From NCBI GenBank assembly GCA_965246715.1, contig CBDFFH010000020.1, positions 32,001-96,000 of the forward strand: a stretch of 64,000 bases of DNA, in the 5' to 3' direction. The notes beneath the pieces were generated by a model that saw only the letters and a program-made list of their open reading frames with translations, was not told the DNA's origin and did not search any database. A program made the translations under genes and the position numbers. Origin of the DNA: Chamaesiphon sp. (GTDB lineage: Bacteria > Cyanobacteriota > Cyanobacteriia > Cyanobacteriales > Chamaesiphonaceae). Positions 41,660 to 53,056 of the stretch are shown here, piece by piece; the first letter of the stretch is position 1; every line of letters starts with the position of its first letter.

Positions 41660-41693
41660 CTCAATTCAGACACTTAAATAATTACGGAGCAAA

Positions 41694-42491
41694 ATGAAAA
41701 ATATTTCCGACCCAGTGCTTTCAAGAGTTCAGACAACGCTTGGTTCAATTGCTTTTTCCGATCGAGGCGCGGGAGTGCCAATAATTCTTTGGCCGTCGCT
41801 GTTCACGGATCATCGTATTTTTGATGCCATGATTTTACCCCTAGTCGAAGCTGGTTGGCGGACGATCGCGGTGGACGGACCGGGCTTCGGCGTAAGCGAT
41901 CCGCCGCATGGACTGGTGCAGCCTGAGATCTACGCCGACCTTGTAATTGAAATAGCCGATCGCTTGGAACTGCCGGAGATTGCGTTTGCTGGCTGCTCTT
42001 GGGGTGGGTTGATTGGAGCGCATCTGGGCGTTCGTCATGCCGATCGCGTGCGCTCATTGGTGCTCATGAATACGCCCTTCCTCCCCAGCCGAGGAGGGCA
42101 TCTGGTGGAGTTTCTAGGTGCCAAATTTGCGGTAAAATCAAAAGCTGTCGCCAACGGAGTGGCTCATTCGATGCTTTCGCCTAGTACACTCGCACACCCC
42201 GATCTGGTGGAGCGATTCACTTCACCTTTTGCTTCATTCGAGGGGAAGGGCGCAGCACTTACGGTGGATGTCACATTGCGCCACTCCGAAGGGCTTGAAA
42301 AAGTCATGCCCGATCTGCGTGTGCCGACGACGATCGTGCTGGGGCAGGAAGACAAATTGTACCCATCGGAAGACATGCTTCCCGTCGCAACGCTTACCCC
42401 AGATGTAAAGATCGTTGTCGTACCAAACGCAGGACACATCATCCCACTTGAGGCACCCGATGCCGCAGTTGCCGCCATCGGTACCGTATGA
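41694..42491 (+). CDS. Alpha/beta hydrolase
   Basis: GCSWGG; AGH. Confidence 0.88.
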   Translation: MKNISDPVLSRVQTTLGSIAFSDRGAGVPIILWPSLFTDHRIFDAMILPLVEAGWRTIAVDGPGFGVSDPPHGLVQPEIYADLVIEIADRLELPEIAFAGCSWGGLIGAHLGVRHADRVRSLVLMNTPFLPSRGGHLVEFLGAKFAVKSKAVANGVAHSMLSPSTLAHPDLVERFTSPFASFEGKGAALTVDVTLRHSEGLEKVMPDLRVPTTIVLGQEDKLYPSEDMLPVATLTPDVKIVVVPNAGHIIPLEAPDAAVAAIGTV

Positions 42492-42849
42492 GATCGCCGC
42501 TTCTACACGGCGATTTCGCCTCATCGTCGGCGACTTTACCCGCACTCATCGTCGAGCGATCTAGCTCAAAATCTTTTTTCAAAGGGTGAGACAAAATTCT
42601 TATCCCCCAGGGGGCGAACTCCTGACAGCATGTTTCGTTGGCGAAGCCTCAGTAATCGAATGCCGCTGGCTGCATTGCCAGACACGACAAACCCGACTGC
42701 AAATTAATTCGATCGTGGCTGGCATTTCAAACCAAAATCTTTTTTCAAAGGGCTCGGAGCTAGCACAGGTGCCAAAAAATAGCTGGCATCCCCCAGTGAG
42801 GCATTACACCACGAACTCCGCCTCGATATCGCTGCCGTGCCGTAGACCA

Positions 42850-43050
42850 CCGTTTCCACGTTTAGAGCCTGGAGATCGGTTGGGCGGCAGGATCTCGAAT
42901 CAAGGCCAACACGGGCAAATTTTGGGTCGCCAAAATGCGGGCAATTTGATGGCCAACACCACGGCTAGCACCAGCCAGAAAAATCGAATGCCGATAACAC
43001 CCGATTCCGCTGCGGTGGGCGCGATCGCTTTCTGGAGAGATGAAGATTGC
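42850..43050 (-). pseudogene. N-terminal fragment of NAD(P)H-binding oxidoreductase
   Basis: IFLAGASRGVG..VLALIRD, then lost. Confidence 0.55.
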
Positions 43051-43054
43051 TGCT

Positions 43055-43480
43055 TCAATTTCTCTGTACCCTGCTAAACCAGGTAGAAATCGCAGGTGCT
43101 CCTTGAAAGTACCATAATGCCAGCGCAGTGTCACAAATGGCGCACCCAAACGAGGACAGTGGCACGAATGGAACGATTGGCGTACCGTATAAATGGTGAA
43201 CCACATCCCATGCTGTATGTAACAGCCATCCAATGCCAATAAATCGATAATCCTTTAGTCCCCAGTAAGCTATAGCAGTCATCACCGTACAGAATGCAAA
43301 TTCCCAGCCTAACAAGCCACCATTGAGATATGCGGCTCCAGCTCCAGCGATCGTCAGGGCACTAAAATTGCGACGGTTCGGCTCTTTAAATAAAGAGCAC
43401 AAGGTGATGAAGACTATAGCGACAATTAACGGTGCAATTATTTGGATAATTGTTATTTCGGGTCTGACTTGAATTGGCAT
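43055..43480 (-). CDS. DUF6010-like membrane protein
   Basis: AGAGAAYLNGG; GWLLHTAWDVVHH. Confidence 0.75.
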   Translation of the reverse strand: MPIQVRPEITIIQIIAPLIVAIVFITLCSLFKEPNRRNFSALTIAGAGAAYLNGGLLGWEFAFCTVMTAIAYWGLKDYRFIGIGWLLHTAWDVVHHLYGTPIVPFVPLSSFGCAICDTALALWYFQGAPAISTWFSRVQRN

Positions 43481-43542
43481 ATCATTATTATCTTAGTGTT
43501 ATTCTTTAGTTCGATCGCGTCATAGTAAAATTATTTATATTT

Positions 43543-44011
43543 CTAACACTTTCTGCATTTTTTGTTGACGTTCCCATCTTTGAAAAGCGCGGTCGTAAGC
43601 ATATCCTGATGCTGAAACAAGACTCGCCACGCATCGACACCACGCACCATTCCCCAGGAAATTAGGACATATAGCGACCAAGGAACCCCAAACCCAGTTA
43701 GCAGATTTAATGGAAACAGACAGACATTGACGATCGCATATTTACCAAGTCGATCCTGAAGTCTCGATCGGCGATAAGCCTCAAATTCTCGATTTTTCAT
43801 TTATTACTGCTTTGTCGATCTAGCCACTGACGTTCTGGCAAGTTCTAACGATTCGGGAGCAGATACTCAGTTCTTGCGCGACTTCTAATAACTGAATCGA
43901 TGGGATAGCTCTGTGTCAAGATTCGAGTGTCGCGCCAGGGCAAGATTTAGGATTTCACTAACATCTTCCTGACTATATGAATGAGTTATGCGATCGTTTT
44001 GAAGAGTTCAT
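43543..44011 (-). pseudogene. 2TM-domain protein, frameshifted
   Basis: YSQEDV..ILNLALAR N-part; YAIVN..LNLLTG..WSLY C-part. Confidence 0.6.
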
Positions 44012-44028
44012 AATTCAACAATACCTCT

Positions 44029-44478
44029 TTAACTAACAACTGAATCTGATGCTTTGAACACCACTTGCCACGAGCGATGAACTAAAGTGGTCGAGGATGT
44101 AAATAATGAAAATCCGATGAGTGGATGCAGAACTCCTAAATGTAAGGCATGATTGAAGTGCCCTGTGATAAATTGCAGAGTGAGGAGTATTAACAGCCCT
44201 ACTGTAAGCATTTGGATTTTTCGAGGAAACGGATTGATAAACAGACCAGCTAACAGCATTACCACCAAGCCACTATATCCCCGTACCAACCAGACGTGAA
44301 TATGCCACCAACTAGAATCATAAAAAACAGCCAATCCAACTGTCAGCAGTTGGGCCATGAGGCAAACGTTGAATAATACCGCTAACACAACAAAGCCAAT
44401 TTGAGTCCAAGTTCTAGATATTTGCGTGCGCTCGGAGGGGAGATCTTTGACGGAGCCTTTCTGAAAGAAAATAGTCAT
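44029..44478 (-). CDS. DUF6220-like membrane protein
   Basis: Four hydrophobic helices; LHPL motif. Confidence 0.7.
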   Translation of the reverse strand: MTIFFQKGSVKDLPSERTQISRTWTQIGFVVLAVLFNVCLMAQLLTVGLAVFYDSSWWHIHVWLVRGYSGLVVMLLAGLFINPFPRKIQMLTVGLLILLTLQFITGHFNHALHLGVLHPLIGFSLFTSSTTLVHRSWQVVFKASDSVVS

Positions 44479-44521
44479 AACTAACGATTATTTTTGAAGA
44501 TAAATTTGAAGGCTGGCAATC

Positions 44522-45355
44522 TTAGCTGGAAATCGGTACATTAGACAACCGACTCCATTCATTCCACGATCCGTCATAGTTGCGGACATGAGGATAGCCC
44601 AATAAATATTTCAAAACGAACCAGGTACATGCAGACCTGCCACCAATTGCACAATATGGAAACACCTCTTTATCGGCAGTAATTCCTTGGCTACCATAGA
44701 GATCTTGTAATGCTTCGATCGATTTAAATGTGCCATCCTCGTCTAATGTCAGCAGGTGTTCGATATTTACCGCACCAGGAATATGGCCCGCTTTTTCTGT
44801 GCCCTCTGGCGGTTTCATCATAAAGATTACGCCTTGATATTCTTGAGGTGTACGAGCATCGACTAACACACAATTCTGTTGTTTGAGAGCTGCTAGAACT
44901 TCTGGTTGTAGCACTCGAAAATTATGATTAGTAGCTGTTACCCGATACTGCGTGGGTGGAAAGCTGGAAAACTCCGATGCGACTGGACGACCTTCAGCAA
45001 CCCATTTCTGGTGTCCGCCATTGAGAACATATACTCGCTCGTGTCCGATGGTTTTCAACCACCAGAAAATTAAGGCTCCAGTATCGGGATAGCTACCATA
45101 GGCAATCACAGTAGTTTCAGGAGAAATACCGGATCGAGATAACAATTGTGCGATCTCATTGGGATCTAGCTTTATACTCAAATCGGGATTGAGGAAGTCT
45201 GTCAGGATATTCCAGAACACCGCACCAGGAATACGTGCGTCTCGATACTGTTGGGGATTCATGTTGAGTTCCACTACCCGCACATTCGGATCTTGGATGT
45301 GTTTTAGTAGCCATTGAGTATCGACCAAAACTTCAGGATGAGCGTAATCAGACAT
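44522..45355 (-). CDS. Sulfurtransferase (tandem rhodanese)
   Basis: YAHPEVLV; GHIPGA; YCAIGGRS; YDGSWNEW. Confidence 0.92.
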   Translation of the reverse strand: MSDYAHPEVLVDTQWLLKHIQDPNVRVVELNMNPQQYRDARIPGAVFWNILTDFLNPDLSIKLDPNEIAQLLSRSGISPETTVIAYGSYPDTGALIFWWLKTIGHERVYVLNGGHQKWVAEGRPVASEFSSFPPTQYRVTATNHNFRVLQPEVLAALKQQNCVLVDARTPQEYQGVIFMMKPPEGTEKAGHIPGAVNIEHLLTLDEDGTFKSIEALQDLYGSQGITADKEVFPYCAIGGRSACTWFVLKYLLGYPHVRNYDGSWNEWSRLSNVPISS

Positions 45356-45444
45356 CAGTTTTTTCCTATTTCTTGCACTAAAGTTAAGATTAAAGGAAGT
45401 AACCTAACCTAGATAGTCCTCGATCGGGTACTCTTTTTGACACT

Positions 45445-46104
45445 ATGACCACTTCCTTGCAGCCTTTATTTGCATCGATCGATTCTGTGAAAAATGAACG
45501 AGATTTAAGATCGGATCTCATCTCAAAAGTTGGCGAGCATTTCACAGCTAAACGATCGGGTATTTTTTTCTTTGACCAGCTTTCACAGCTAGATCCCAAT
45601 CTTCAGAAGCTATTCAAAGTGGCACTCTCGATCGAGCATAATCCCGTCGTCCGCTATCTCACAGAGCGTCACGCACCCGTACATGAAGGCTTGGTGACAT
45701 CACCCAAGGTTTGGAAGATAATTTGTCCTCGTCCCGACCACTGGCACGTAATGGCTGGGCCAATTGTCGTTAGCGGTCAACTGGTAGGTGCGGTGGGTTG
45801 CACTCGCGATAAGTCGATGCCTGCTTTTGATTCGCAACATCTAGCTGATTTGAGTGGGATCTGTTTGCACTTATCGATGTGGGCAGCAACGGCTAGATCC
45901 AAAGATCGACCTTTTAAAACTGAACGATTGACAGCGCGTGAATTACAAATTGTCGAATTGGTAGCTTTAGGGCGAACAAATGCTGAGATTGGTACTGAAT
46001 TGTGGATTACCGAAAATTCCGTCAAACAGGCTCTAAAGCGCATGTTTCGGAAGCTTGAAGTCTCCTCTCGTGCTGAAATGGTGGCACAGCTTTCTTCTAG
46101 TTAA
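45445..46104 (+). CDS. GAF + LuxR HTH transcriptional regulator
   Basis: LTARELQIVELVALGRTNAEIG..; divergent from the sulfurtransferase operon. Confidence 0.9.
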   Translation: MTTSLQPLFASIDSVKNERDLRSDLISKVGEHFTAKRSGIFFFDQLSQLDPNLQKLFKVALSIEHNPVVRYLTERHAPVHEGLVTSPKVWKIICPRPDHWHVMAGPIVVSGQLVGAVGCTRDKSMPAFDSQHLADLSGICLHLSMWAATARSKDRPFKTERLTARELQIVELVALGRTNAEIGTELWITENSVKQALKRMFRKLEVSSRAEMVAQLSSS

Positions 46105-46115
46105 TCTAAGTTAGT

Positions 46116-47055
46116 GTGAAGATGAATCATTCTCGAAATCGCCGGAAATTTTTGCTGGCTGCTATATCTGTGCCGATGGCGACTATTTGGACATCGTGGG
46201 CTACGAAGGGGGATGCTGTAGTTTCGGCTCAAGCACAGTTAGCGAAACTCGAACGGACTTTGGCAGGTCGTCTGGGTGTATTTGCAATGGACACAGCCAA
46301 TGGCAAACAACTTAGCTATCATGCTGATGAGTATTTTCCCATGTGCAGCACTTTCAAGGTACTCCTGGTATCCGCCATCTTGAAACGCAGCACACAGAGC
46401 GATAGGTTGATGCAGCAGCGCATCAAATACCAGCAGAGGGATCTGGTGACATATTCCCCCATTACCGAACGGCATGTGGAAGATGGCATGACGGTTTCCG
46501 CTCTCTGCGCCGCTGCAATCCAGTATAGCGACAACACCGCTTCAAATCTGTTGATGAAGCTCCTCGGTGGCCCTGGATCTGTCACTACGTTCGCGCGATC
46601 GCTCGGCGATCTCCAATTTCGGCTCGTTGGCGTAGCCTCTCGCGAGCGAGAATCGCTGGGAAACTGCGCTTAATTCATCGCTTCCAGGCGATCGACGGGA
46701 CACATCGACACCTAATGCGATGGCAAGTAGTCTCCAACGACTCGCATTTGGAGACGCACTAGAGCCACATCTCCAGTTGCAATTACGAGTTTGGCTACAT
46801 GGTAATACGACTGGGGCGGCACGCATTCGCGCTGGTGTTCCTACCGACTGGGAAGTCGGAGACAAGACGGGTACTGGCGACTATGGTACCGCCAACGATC
46901 TTGCCGTGTTGTGGCCGCCACGGAGATCGCCCGTTGTCATGGCGATCTACACCACTCAAGGTGAGAAAGACGCAAAGGCGCGTAATGACGTTATTGTATC
47001 GGCAGCTCGAATTGTTGTCGATTGGCTGGCGATTGCTAAGATCGAAGGATTCTAA
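46116..47055 (+). pseudogene. bla: Class A beta-lactamase disrupted by a 25-bp insertion
   Basis: Tat-like RRKFL signal; STFK, SDN and KTG motifs; removing 46627-46651 restores RLDRWETALN. Confidence 0.9.
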
Positions 47056-47067
47056 TCTAAAACTCTG

Positions 47068-47778
47068 ATGACAGATCGACACCCAGCGATTGTATTCGAT
47101 CGAAATATGGCTTCTTCCTATGACAAAGGGAATGCCGTGTTTGCGCCGCTGCGCGATGCACTGAATTTTCTCATCCACACGATTCTTGCCGAACTTCCCA
47201 GCGATGCTCACATCCTCTGCGTTGGAGTTGGCACTGGTTCGGAAGTCATCGATCTTGCCCAAGCCTTTCCAAAATGGCGGTTCACATTGGTAGAGCCAGC
47301 AGCACCGATGCTGGATATTTGTCGCCAACGGGTTGAAGATCTGGATATCACCTCCCGTTGCACGTTTCACGAAGGTTATCTCGATTCGCTCACCAGAGCG
47401 GATACATTTGATGCGGCGACTTGCTTGTTTGTATCTCAGTTCTTATTGCAGTCGGAGGAACGGCGCGACTTTTTTCATCAGATTGCTGTGAGACTGCGCT
47501 CTCAGGGCTATTTGATTAATGCCGATCTCGCCTACGATCGATCTGCTGCAACCTATCCCGAACTGCTGGATATTTGGGTGCGGATAATGGCATCGGCGGG
47601 AATGCCCATTGAAATGGTTCGTGCTAGGATTAGTGCTGCTTACGATCGCGATGTCGCTGTACTACCACCGTCAGAAGTTGCCTCAATTATTGCAGCAGGC
47701 GGATTCGACTCACCTGTACTATTCTTTCAAAGTCTGTTGATGCACGCTTGGTATGCAAGGCGGAATACTTTGATTTAA
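47068..47778 (+). CDS. Class I SAM-dependent methyltransferase
   Basis: ILCVGVGTG; VEP. Confidence 0.88.
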   Translation: MTDRHPAIVFDRNMASSYDKGNAVFAPLRDALNFLIHTILAELPSDAHILCVGVGTGSEVIDLAQAFPKWRFTLVEPAAPMLDICRQRVEDLDITSRCTFHEGYLDSLTRADTFDAATCLFVSQFLLQSEERRDFFHQIAVRLRSQGYLINADLAYDRSAATYPELLDIWVRIMASAGMPIEMVRARISAAYDRDVAVLPPSEVASIIAAGGFDSPVLFFQSLLMHAWYARRNTLI

Positions 47779-48205
47779 TCTCGCGGATAACAGGACAGGG
47801 TTTCCTGAATTTGCGGCGCATTCAAGCAGCGGGACAACAACAAATTAGCGAAGGATGAGCTAATTTGAGCAAGATCGAAACACTGACCCAGTAACAGCTT
47901 CGAGCGGGTGAATTTACGGTCGATCGAATACACTTCCGCAACTCTATCGATCGACAGAGTAATTTCCAATCTAGTTTAGTTGACAATTAGACTGTAGTTT
48001 TATAAATTACAGACAACATATCGAGAGTTTTAATGAAACAGCATACGCACAAATATAGCTAATTATCATCTTGCAAGTCGCAGCACCATAATTGAATTCG
48101 CGCTCTCGATCGAACAGCAGGCAAATCTTCATGACTAAATTCGATCGAAATAGATCCCATTTTGATACATTCACCTTGCCCTCCCACTGTTACCTAAAAT
48201 AACCG

Positions 48206-49081
48206 ATGAAAGCACAGCAGTCACGTACTCGAATCTGGCGATCGCATTATCTACCCTCGATCGAGTTATTGCATAGTGCTGGTCAAAGCTCCCATTCATT
48301 GCCCCGCCATTTTCACGAAGAACTAGAGCTAAACATCAAGCAGGGTGACGGCTGGCAGTTTAATTACCGAGGTACGACGCACAACGTGCCAGCAGATACA
48401 TTAGCGATCACACAACCGGGCGAAGCGCATCAGGCGGACTCGACTGGTAACTCTTCAGGCAAGAGCCTCCGCCAACAAGACTACATTTTTAGAGGACTGA
48501 GGATCGATCTGGATTTACTGCAACAAGTGGCGACTGACGTTGCTGGACGCGAGACATCTGTGCCATTTTTTCCGCTGCCGCTCGTCCAAGATCGCGACCT
48601 CACCGACCAGATCGTGCGAGTTCACCAAGCACTATCACAACCCATTTCTCAGCTCGAACAACAGTCATTGGTGCTAGATTTCTTAGCACAATTAATTCTG
48701 CGATGTGCGGCAGCACCAATTTGTATTGCCAAGTTAGGGGCAGAACGTCAGCCAGTCGAGCGCGTTCGGGCGTATATCGAAGAAAATTACGATCGGGAGA
48801 TTTCATTAGAGGAATTATCACGAGTTGCCAATTTAAGTTCCTTTCATCTGAATCGATCGTTTAGTAAAACATTTGGAATGCCGCCGCACGCTTATCAAAT
48901 TCAAGTACGAATTTTACAGGCAAAACGTTTGCTTGGTAAAGACTGGTCGATCGATCGAGTCGTTTCCGAAACTGGCTTTGCGAGTCAAAGCCACTTTGGT
49001 TTACATTTTAAGCGGCTGGTTTGTATCACCCCCAAACAATATATTCAAGACAGCAAGAACGTGATAGATTTCGGTAATTAA
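48206..49081 (+). CDS. AraC-family regulator (paralogue 1)
   Basis: PRHFHEE cupin; C-terminal double HTH GFASQSHF. Confidence 0.93.
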   Translation: MKAQQSRTRIWRSHYLPSIELLHSAGQSSHSLPRHFHEELELNIKQGDGWQFNYRGTTHNVPADTLAITQPGEAHQADSTGNSSGKSLRQQDYIFRGLRIDLDLLQQVATDVAGRETSVPFFPLPLVQDRDLTDQIVRVHQALSQPISQLEQQSLVLDFLAQLILRCAAAPICIAKLGAERQPVERVRAYIEENYDREISLEELSRVANLSSFHLNRSFSKTFGMPPHAYQIQVRILQAKRLLGKDWSIDRVVSETGFASQSHFGLHFKRLVCITPKQYIQDSKNVIDFGN

Positions 49082-49219
49082 GTTCATTAAGCTGGAGACA
49101 AGTGGAAGAGCGCGATTAATGTGCTTTGAAAAATTTAATTTCTGGCGATTCTTGTCAATAATCAAATCGATCGCCGGAGTGCCAGCGGCTGAGTAATTAA
49201 TTATAGAAGGCAATCATTT

Positions 49220-49960
49220 ATGGCACCTTTAACCGGGAAAGTGGCGATCGTGACTGGCTCGTCGCGCGGCATCGGGCGCGGCATTGCGGAACAGTTGGGA
49301 CGCGATGGAGCAGCGGTGGTCATCAACTATTCTGGCAGCGAACGGGAAGCCAGTGAAGCTGTAGAGGCGATTGCCGCAGCGGGTGGCAAGAGCGTGGCAA
49401 TTCAGGCAAGTATGAGTCAGGTTGCGGATATTCGCCGTCTGTTCGCCGAGACGATGCAGCACTTTGGTCGCATCGATATTCTGGTTAATAATGCTGGCAT
49501 GAGTTTTATGAGCGCGATCGCGGATGTGACTGAAGATGAGTACGATCGGGTGTTTGACCTGAATGTTCGCGGCGTTTTGTTTGCGTTGCAAGAAGCCGCC
49601 AAACACATGAATGACGGTGGCAGGATCGTCAATATTTCCTCTTCAACCACCCTTTATCCTGAATCGGGGATGGCACTTTATACAGCGAGTAAGTCAGCCA
49701 TCAAGCTGTTTACCGTCGTGATGGCAAAGGAAGTCGGATCTCGCGGCATTACCGTCAATACCGTCACGCCTGGTCCGACAATTCCTGGAATGTTTGGCAA
49801 TTTGCCGCCAGAAGTGCAGCAGCTCGCTGCTGCCAGTTCTCCCTTCAATCGCGTCGGAACGCCCCAAGACATCGCAGACGTGGTGTCATTTCTGGTGAGC
49901 GATCGAGGGCGATGGTTAACCGGACAAGATATTTGTGCCAATGGCGGCGCAAACATGTAA
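49220..49960 (+). CDS. Short-chain dehydrogenase/reductase
   Basis: TGSSRGIG; NNAG; YTASK. Confidence 0.95.
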   Translation: MAPLTGKVAIVTGSSRGIGRGIAEQLGRDGAAVVINYSGSEREASEAVEAIAAAGGKSVAIQASMSQVADIRRLFAETMQHFGRIDILVNNAGMSFMSAIADVTEDEYDRVFDLNVRGVLFALQEAAKHMNDGGRIVNISSSTTLYPESGMALYTASKSAIKLFTVVMAKEVGSRGITVNTVTPGPTIPGMFGNLPPEVQQLAAASSPFNRVGTPQDIADVVSFLVSDRGRWLTGQDICANGGANM

Positions 49961-50161
49961 CTGAGGTTTCGATCGCCCGAACCTGGAACTAGGCTGGAAA
50001 TTTCGAGTTCTAAATTCGACCTTTCAGGCTTGGTAAGCCGAGGGGCAAAAGCTCAAATTGTCGAGTAAAACCTGCCCTACTCCCAGCCAGCGACAGCATC
50101 CTAGATGTCACAGCAGTAGCTTTAGCACTGATGAGCGACGACGCGAATAGAAGCATCACCT

Positions 50162-51010
50162 ATGAAAGCAAATCAGTCACACATTAAGGTTTGGCGATCG
50201 CAGTACCTGCCATCGATCGAATTGGTGCAGAGTGTTTCTAAAGCATATTCATTGCCCCGCCATTTTCATGAAGAACTAGAGCTTGTCGTTAGACAGGGTG
50301 ACGGGTGGCAATTTAACTATCGAGGCGCGATGTATAGCGTTCCCTCAGATACCTTAGTTGTGACACAACCTGGAGAAGTCCACCATGCTAATTGGATGAG
50401 CGAGCGAGACTGTACGTTTCGAGGGCTACGAATCGATCCAGATTTACTGCAACAAGTTGCCACAGAAATTGCTGGGCATCAAACAGCGGTGCCATTTTTT
50501 CCGATGCCGCTAGTCCAAGATCGCGACCTCACTCACCGGATCGTGCGAGTTCATCAAGCCTTATCGCAATCGGGTTCGCAACTCGAACAGCAAACTACGA
50601 TCCAGGATCTGGTAGCACGATTGATTCTGCGCTGTGCTGCCAATCCACCCTGTCTGACTAGAGTAAGAACAGAACGTCAGCCCATCGAGCGCGTGCGGGC
50701 ATATCTACAAGACCATTACAGTCGAGAGATCTCGCTAGAGCAACTAGCACAGATTGCCGAGTTGAGTTCGTTTCATCTCAATCGCTCGTTTCGCCAAATA
50801 TTTGGAATGCCACCGCACGCTTATCAAATTCAAGTGCGAATTTTACAGGCAAAACGGCTACTCAGACAAGAGCTATCGATCGAGCAAGTAGCCATTGCCA
50901 CTGGATTTGCGAGTCAAAGCCACTTTGGAACGCACTTCAAGCGGCTCGTTTTCGTTACACCGATGCAATACGTTCGAGACAGCAAGAACGTGATAATTTT
51001 CAGTGTTTAG
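50162..51010 (+). CDS. AraC-family regulator (paralogue 2)
   Basis: Same motifs as 48206-49081. Confidence 0.93.
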   Translation: MKANQSHIKVWRSQYLPSIELVQSVSKAYSLPRHFHEELELVVRQGDGWQFNYRGAMYSVPSDTLVVTQPGEVHHANWMSERDCTFRGLRIDPDLLQQVATEIAGHQTAVPFFPMPLVQDRDLTHRIVRVHQALSQSGSQLEQQTTIQDLVARLILRCAANPPCLTRVRTERQPIERVRAYLQDHYSREISLEQLAQIAELSSFHLNRSFRQIFGMPPHAYQIQVRILQAKRLLRQELSIEQVAIATGFASQSHFGTHFKRLVFVTPMQYVRDSKNVIIFSV

Positions 51011-51083
51011 ATTTGTTAGGGTAGAGACACGTTCGTTCTTAACCAGAAAGCGATCGCATCCCAGATCGGTAAAATTAAAATAC

Positions 51084-51458
51084 ATGCTGGAACACACCGC
51101 TGAAATTACCAGCTTTCATGCCCATATTTATTACGACCTCACGACCCGCGAGGTGGCAGAGCGCGTGCGGCAGGGATTAGGCGATCGCTTTGAGGTACAG
51201 TTGGGACGCTGGCACGATCGACCGATCGGCCCTCATCCAAAGTCGATGTACCAGGCTGCTTTTGCCGTAAATCAGTTCGATCGGGTCGTGCCGTGGCTAA
51301 TGCTGCACCGCGAAAACTTAGATATTCTCATTCATCCTAATACGGGAGATGCAGTTGCAGACCATACCGATTATGCTCTGTGGTTGGGAGAGAAACTGCC
51401 AGTCAAAATTGAACCCCTGCGGCAATTTAACAAGTCACTTCTGCTGGCACAAACTTGA
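51084..51458 (+). CDS. DOPA 4,5-dioxygenase family protein
   Basis: FHAHIYY; PIGPHP; LIHPNTG; ALWLG. Confidence 0.9.
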   Translation: MLEHTAEITSFHAHIYYDLTTREVAERVRQGLGDRFEVQLGRWHDRPIGPHPKSMYQAAFAVNQFDRVVPWLMLHRENLDILIHPNTGDAVADHTDYALWLGEKLPVKIEPLRQFNKSLLLAQT

Positions 51459-51475
51459 ATCCCTTAAATCTACCT

Positions 51476-52367
51476 ATGAAAGCAAATCTACCGATGAAAG
51501 AGGATCTATTACGCCCTAAACTTTGGCGATCGCGCTACCTGCCATCAATCGAGTTCTTTGAGAATACTTGTAAGAGCTTCTCATTGCCCCGCCATTTTCA
51601 TGACGAACTAGAGCTTAACCTCCGGCAGGGTAACGGCTGGCAGTTAAACTACCGAGGCACGATCCACAGCGTGCCATCTGAAACCTTAGTTGTGACACAG
51701 CCAGGAGAATCGCATCAAGTCGATGCGCCTAGCGATCGGCAAGGCACTTTTCGCGGATTACGGGTAGGGATAGATTTACTTCAACAAGTGGCTACAGAAG
51801 TTGCCGGACGCGAAACAGAGCTGCCACTTTTTCCGATGCCATTAGTCCACGACAGCAATTTTAATATCCAGTTCATTCGAGTTCATCAAGCTGTAGAACG
51901 GTCTACATCTCAACTCGAACAACAGACATTGACCCTAGATTTGTTAGCACAATTAATTCTTCGCCATTCAGAAAATCCACCGGATCTCGCCAATTTAGAA
52001 ACGGAAATTCAGCCTGTCCATAACATTCGTGACTACCTAGAAGAACATTCCGATCGAGAAATATCGTTAGAGCAATTGGCACAGGTGGCGAACTTGAGTC
52101 CATTTCATCTCAATCGCTCGTTTCGCCAAACATTTGGAATGCCGCCGCACGCTTATCAAATTCAAATGCGAATTTTGAGAGCAAAACGTCTCCTCAGAAA
52201 AAATAGATCGATTACCTCCGGTAGGCTCCGCCAACGAGAGTGTCGCTATTGAAACTGGATTTGTGAGTCAAAGCCACTTTGGATCGCACTTCAAGCGGCT
52301 GGTTGCTCTTACTCCAAAGCAATTCATCCAAGACAGCAAGAAAACGATAAATTTCGATTTTAAATAA
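51476..52367 (+). pseudogene. AraC-family regulator (paralogue 3), frameshifted by a 22-bp insertion
   Basis: Removing 52213-52234 restores RSIESVAIETGFVSQSHF..IQDSK. Confidence 0.85.
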
Positions 52368-52624
52368 AAGTTAAACAAGTTATGTTCAAGGTTTCTCGAA
52401 AGGCAAATGCTCGACCCTGTTGTCGTTCGATAACCTGACCCCGTTCATCAACCCGTACAGTTTCAAACTCAACGGGATATCGTTGGCGTAGCCTACCGCG
52501 TAGGTAATCGTTAACTTTAATAGCAGACATCAGATTGCAACTCCTTAAGTTTATTAGTTGTTTGCGTTACTAATTTGCTGATATGTTTTGTCAATTGTTA
52601 CGCTCGATTGTGCGGTACCAATCA

Positions 52625-52999
52625 TCAATCATTTTGAATATTCCAATCCACACTTCGATTCCACGCATCAGATATTGTCACTGATGTCCCATGCCATTTA
52701 ATAAATACATTTCTTCGATCTGTAATTTTTGTTGGGTCATCTAATTCACTAGCAGAGAATGCTTTGGTAAAAACTATCGTCTCGTTAGTGTTAGCCAGTC
52801 GAAAAGTTACTCGATCGAGCTTATTAAATAATCCGAATATGCCGACTCTCTGCACTGTAACCGATGCGACATGCTTGCCGTCGTCCGATTTTTTTGTTTC
52901 GCCATATGACAACGGTATCCAGCAAGGAAAAGAAATCAATAATGCGGTAAATAATAAAGCCGCGATGTATTCTCTTGATATTTTCATCCAATTTGTCAC
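52625..52999 (-). CDS. Hypothetical membrane-anchored protein
   Basis: 124-aa ORF with N-terminal hydrophobic helix. Confidence 0.5.
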   Translation of the reverse strand: MTNWMKISREYIAALLFTALLISFPCWIPLSYGETKKSDDGKHVASVTVQRVGIFGLFNKLDRVTFRLANTNETIVFTKAFSASELDDPTKITDRRNVFIKWHGTSVTISDAWNRSVDWNIQND

Positions 53000-53056
53000 T
53001 TTCGCATGTATTTATTTGTTAACATAATATCTGGTGTTATGAGTAGGCAATATATC

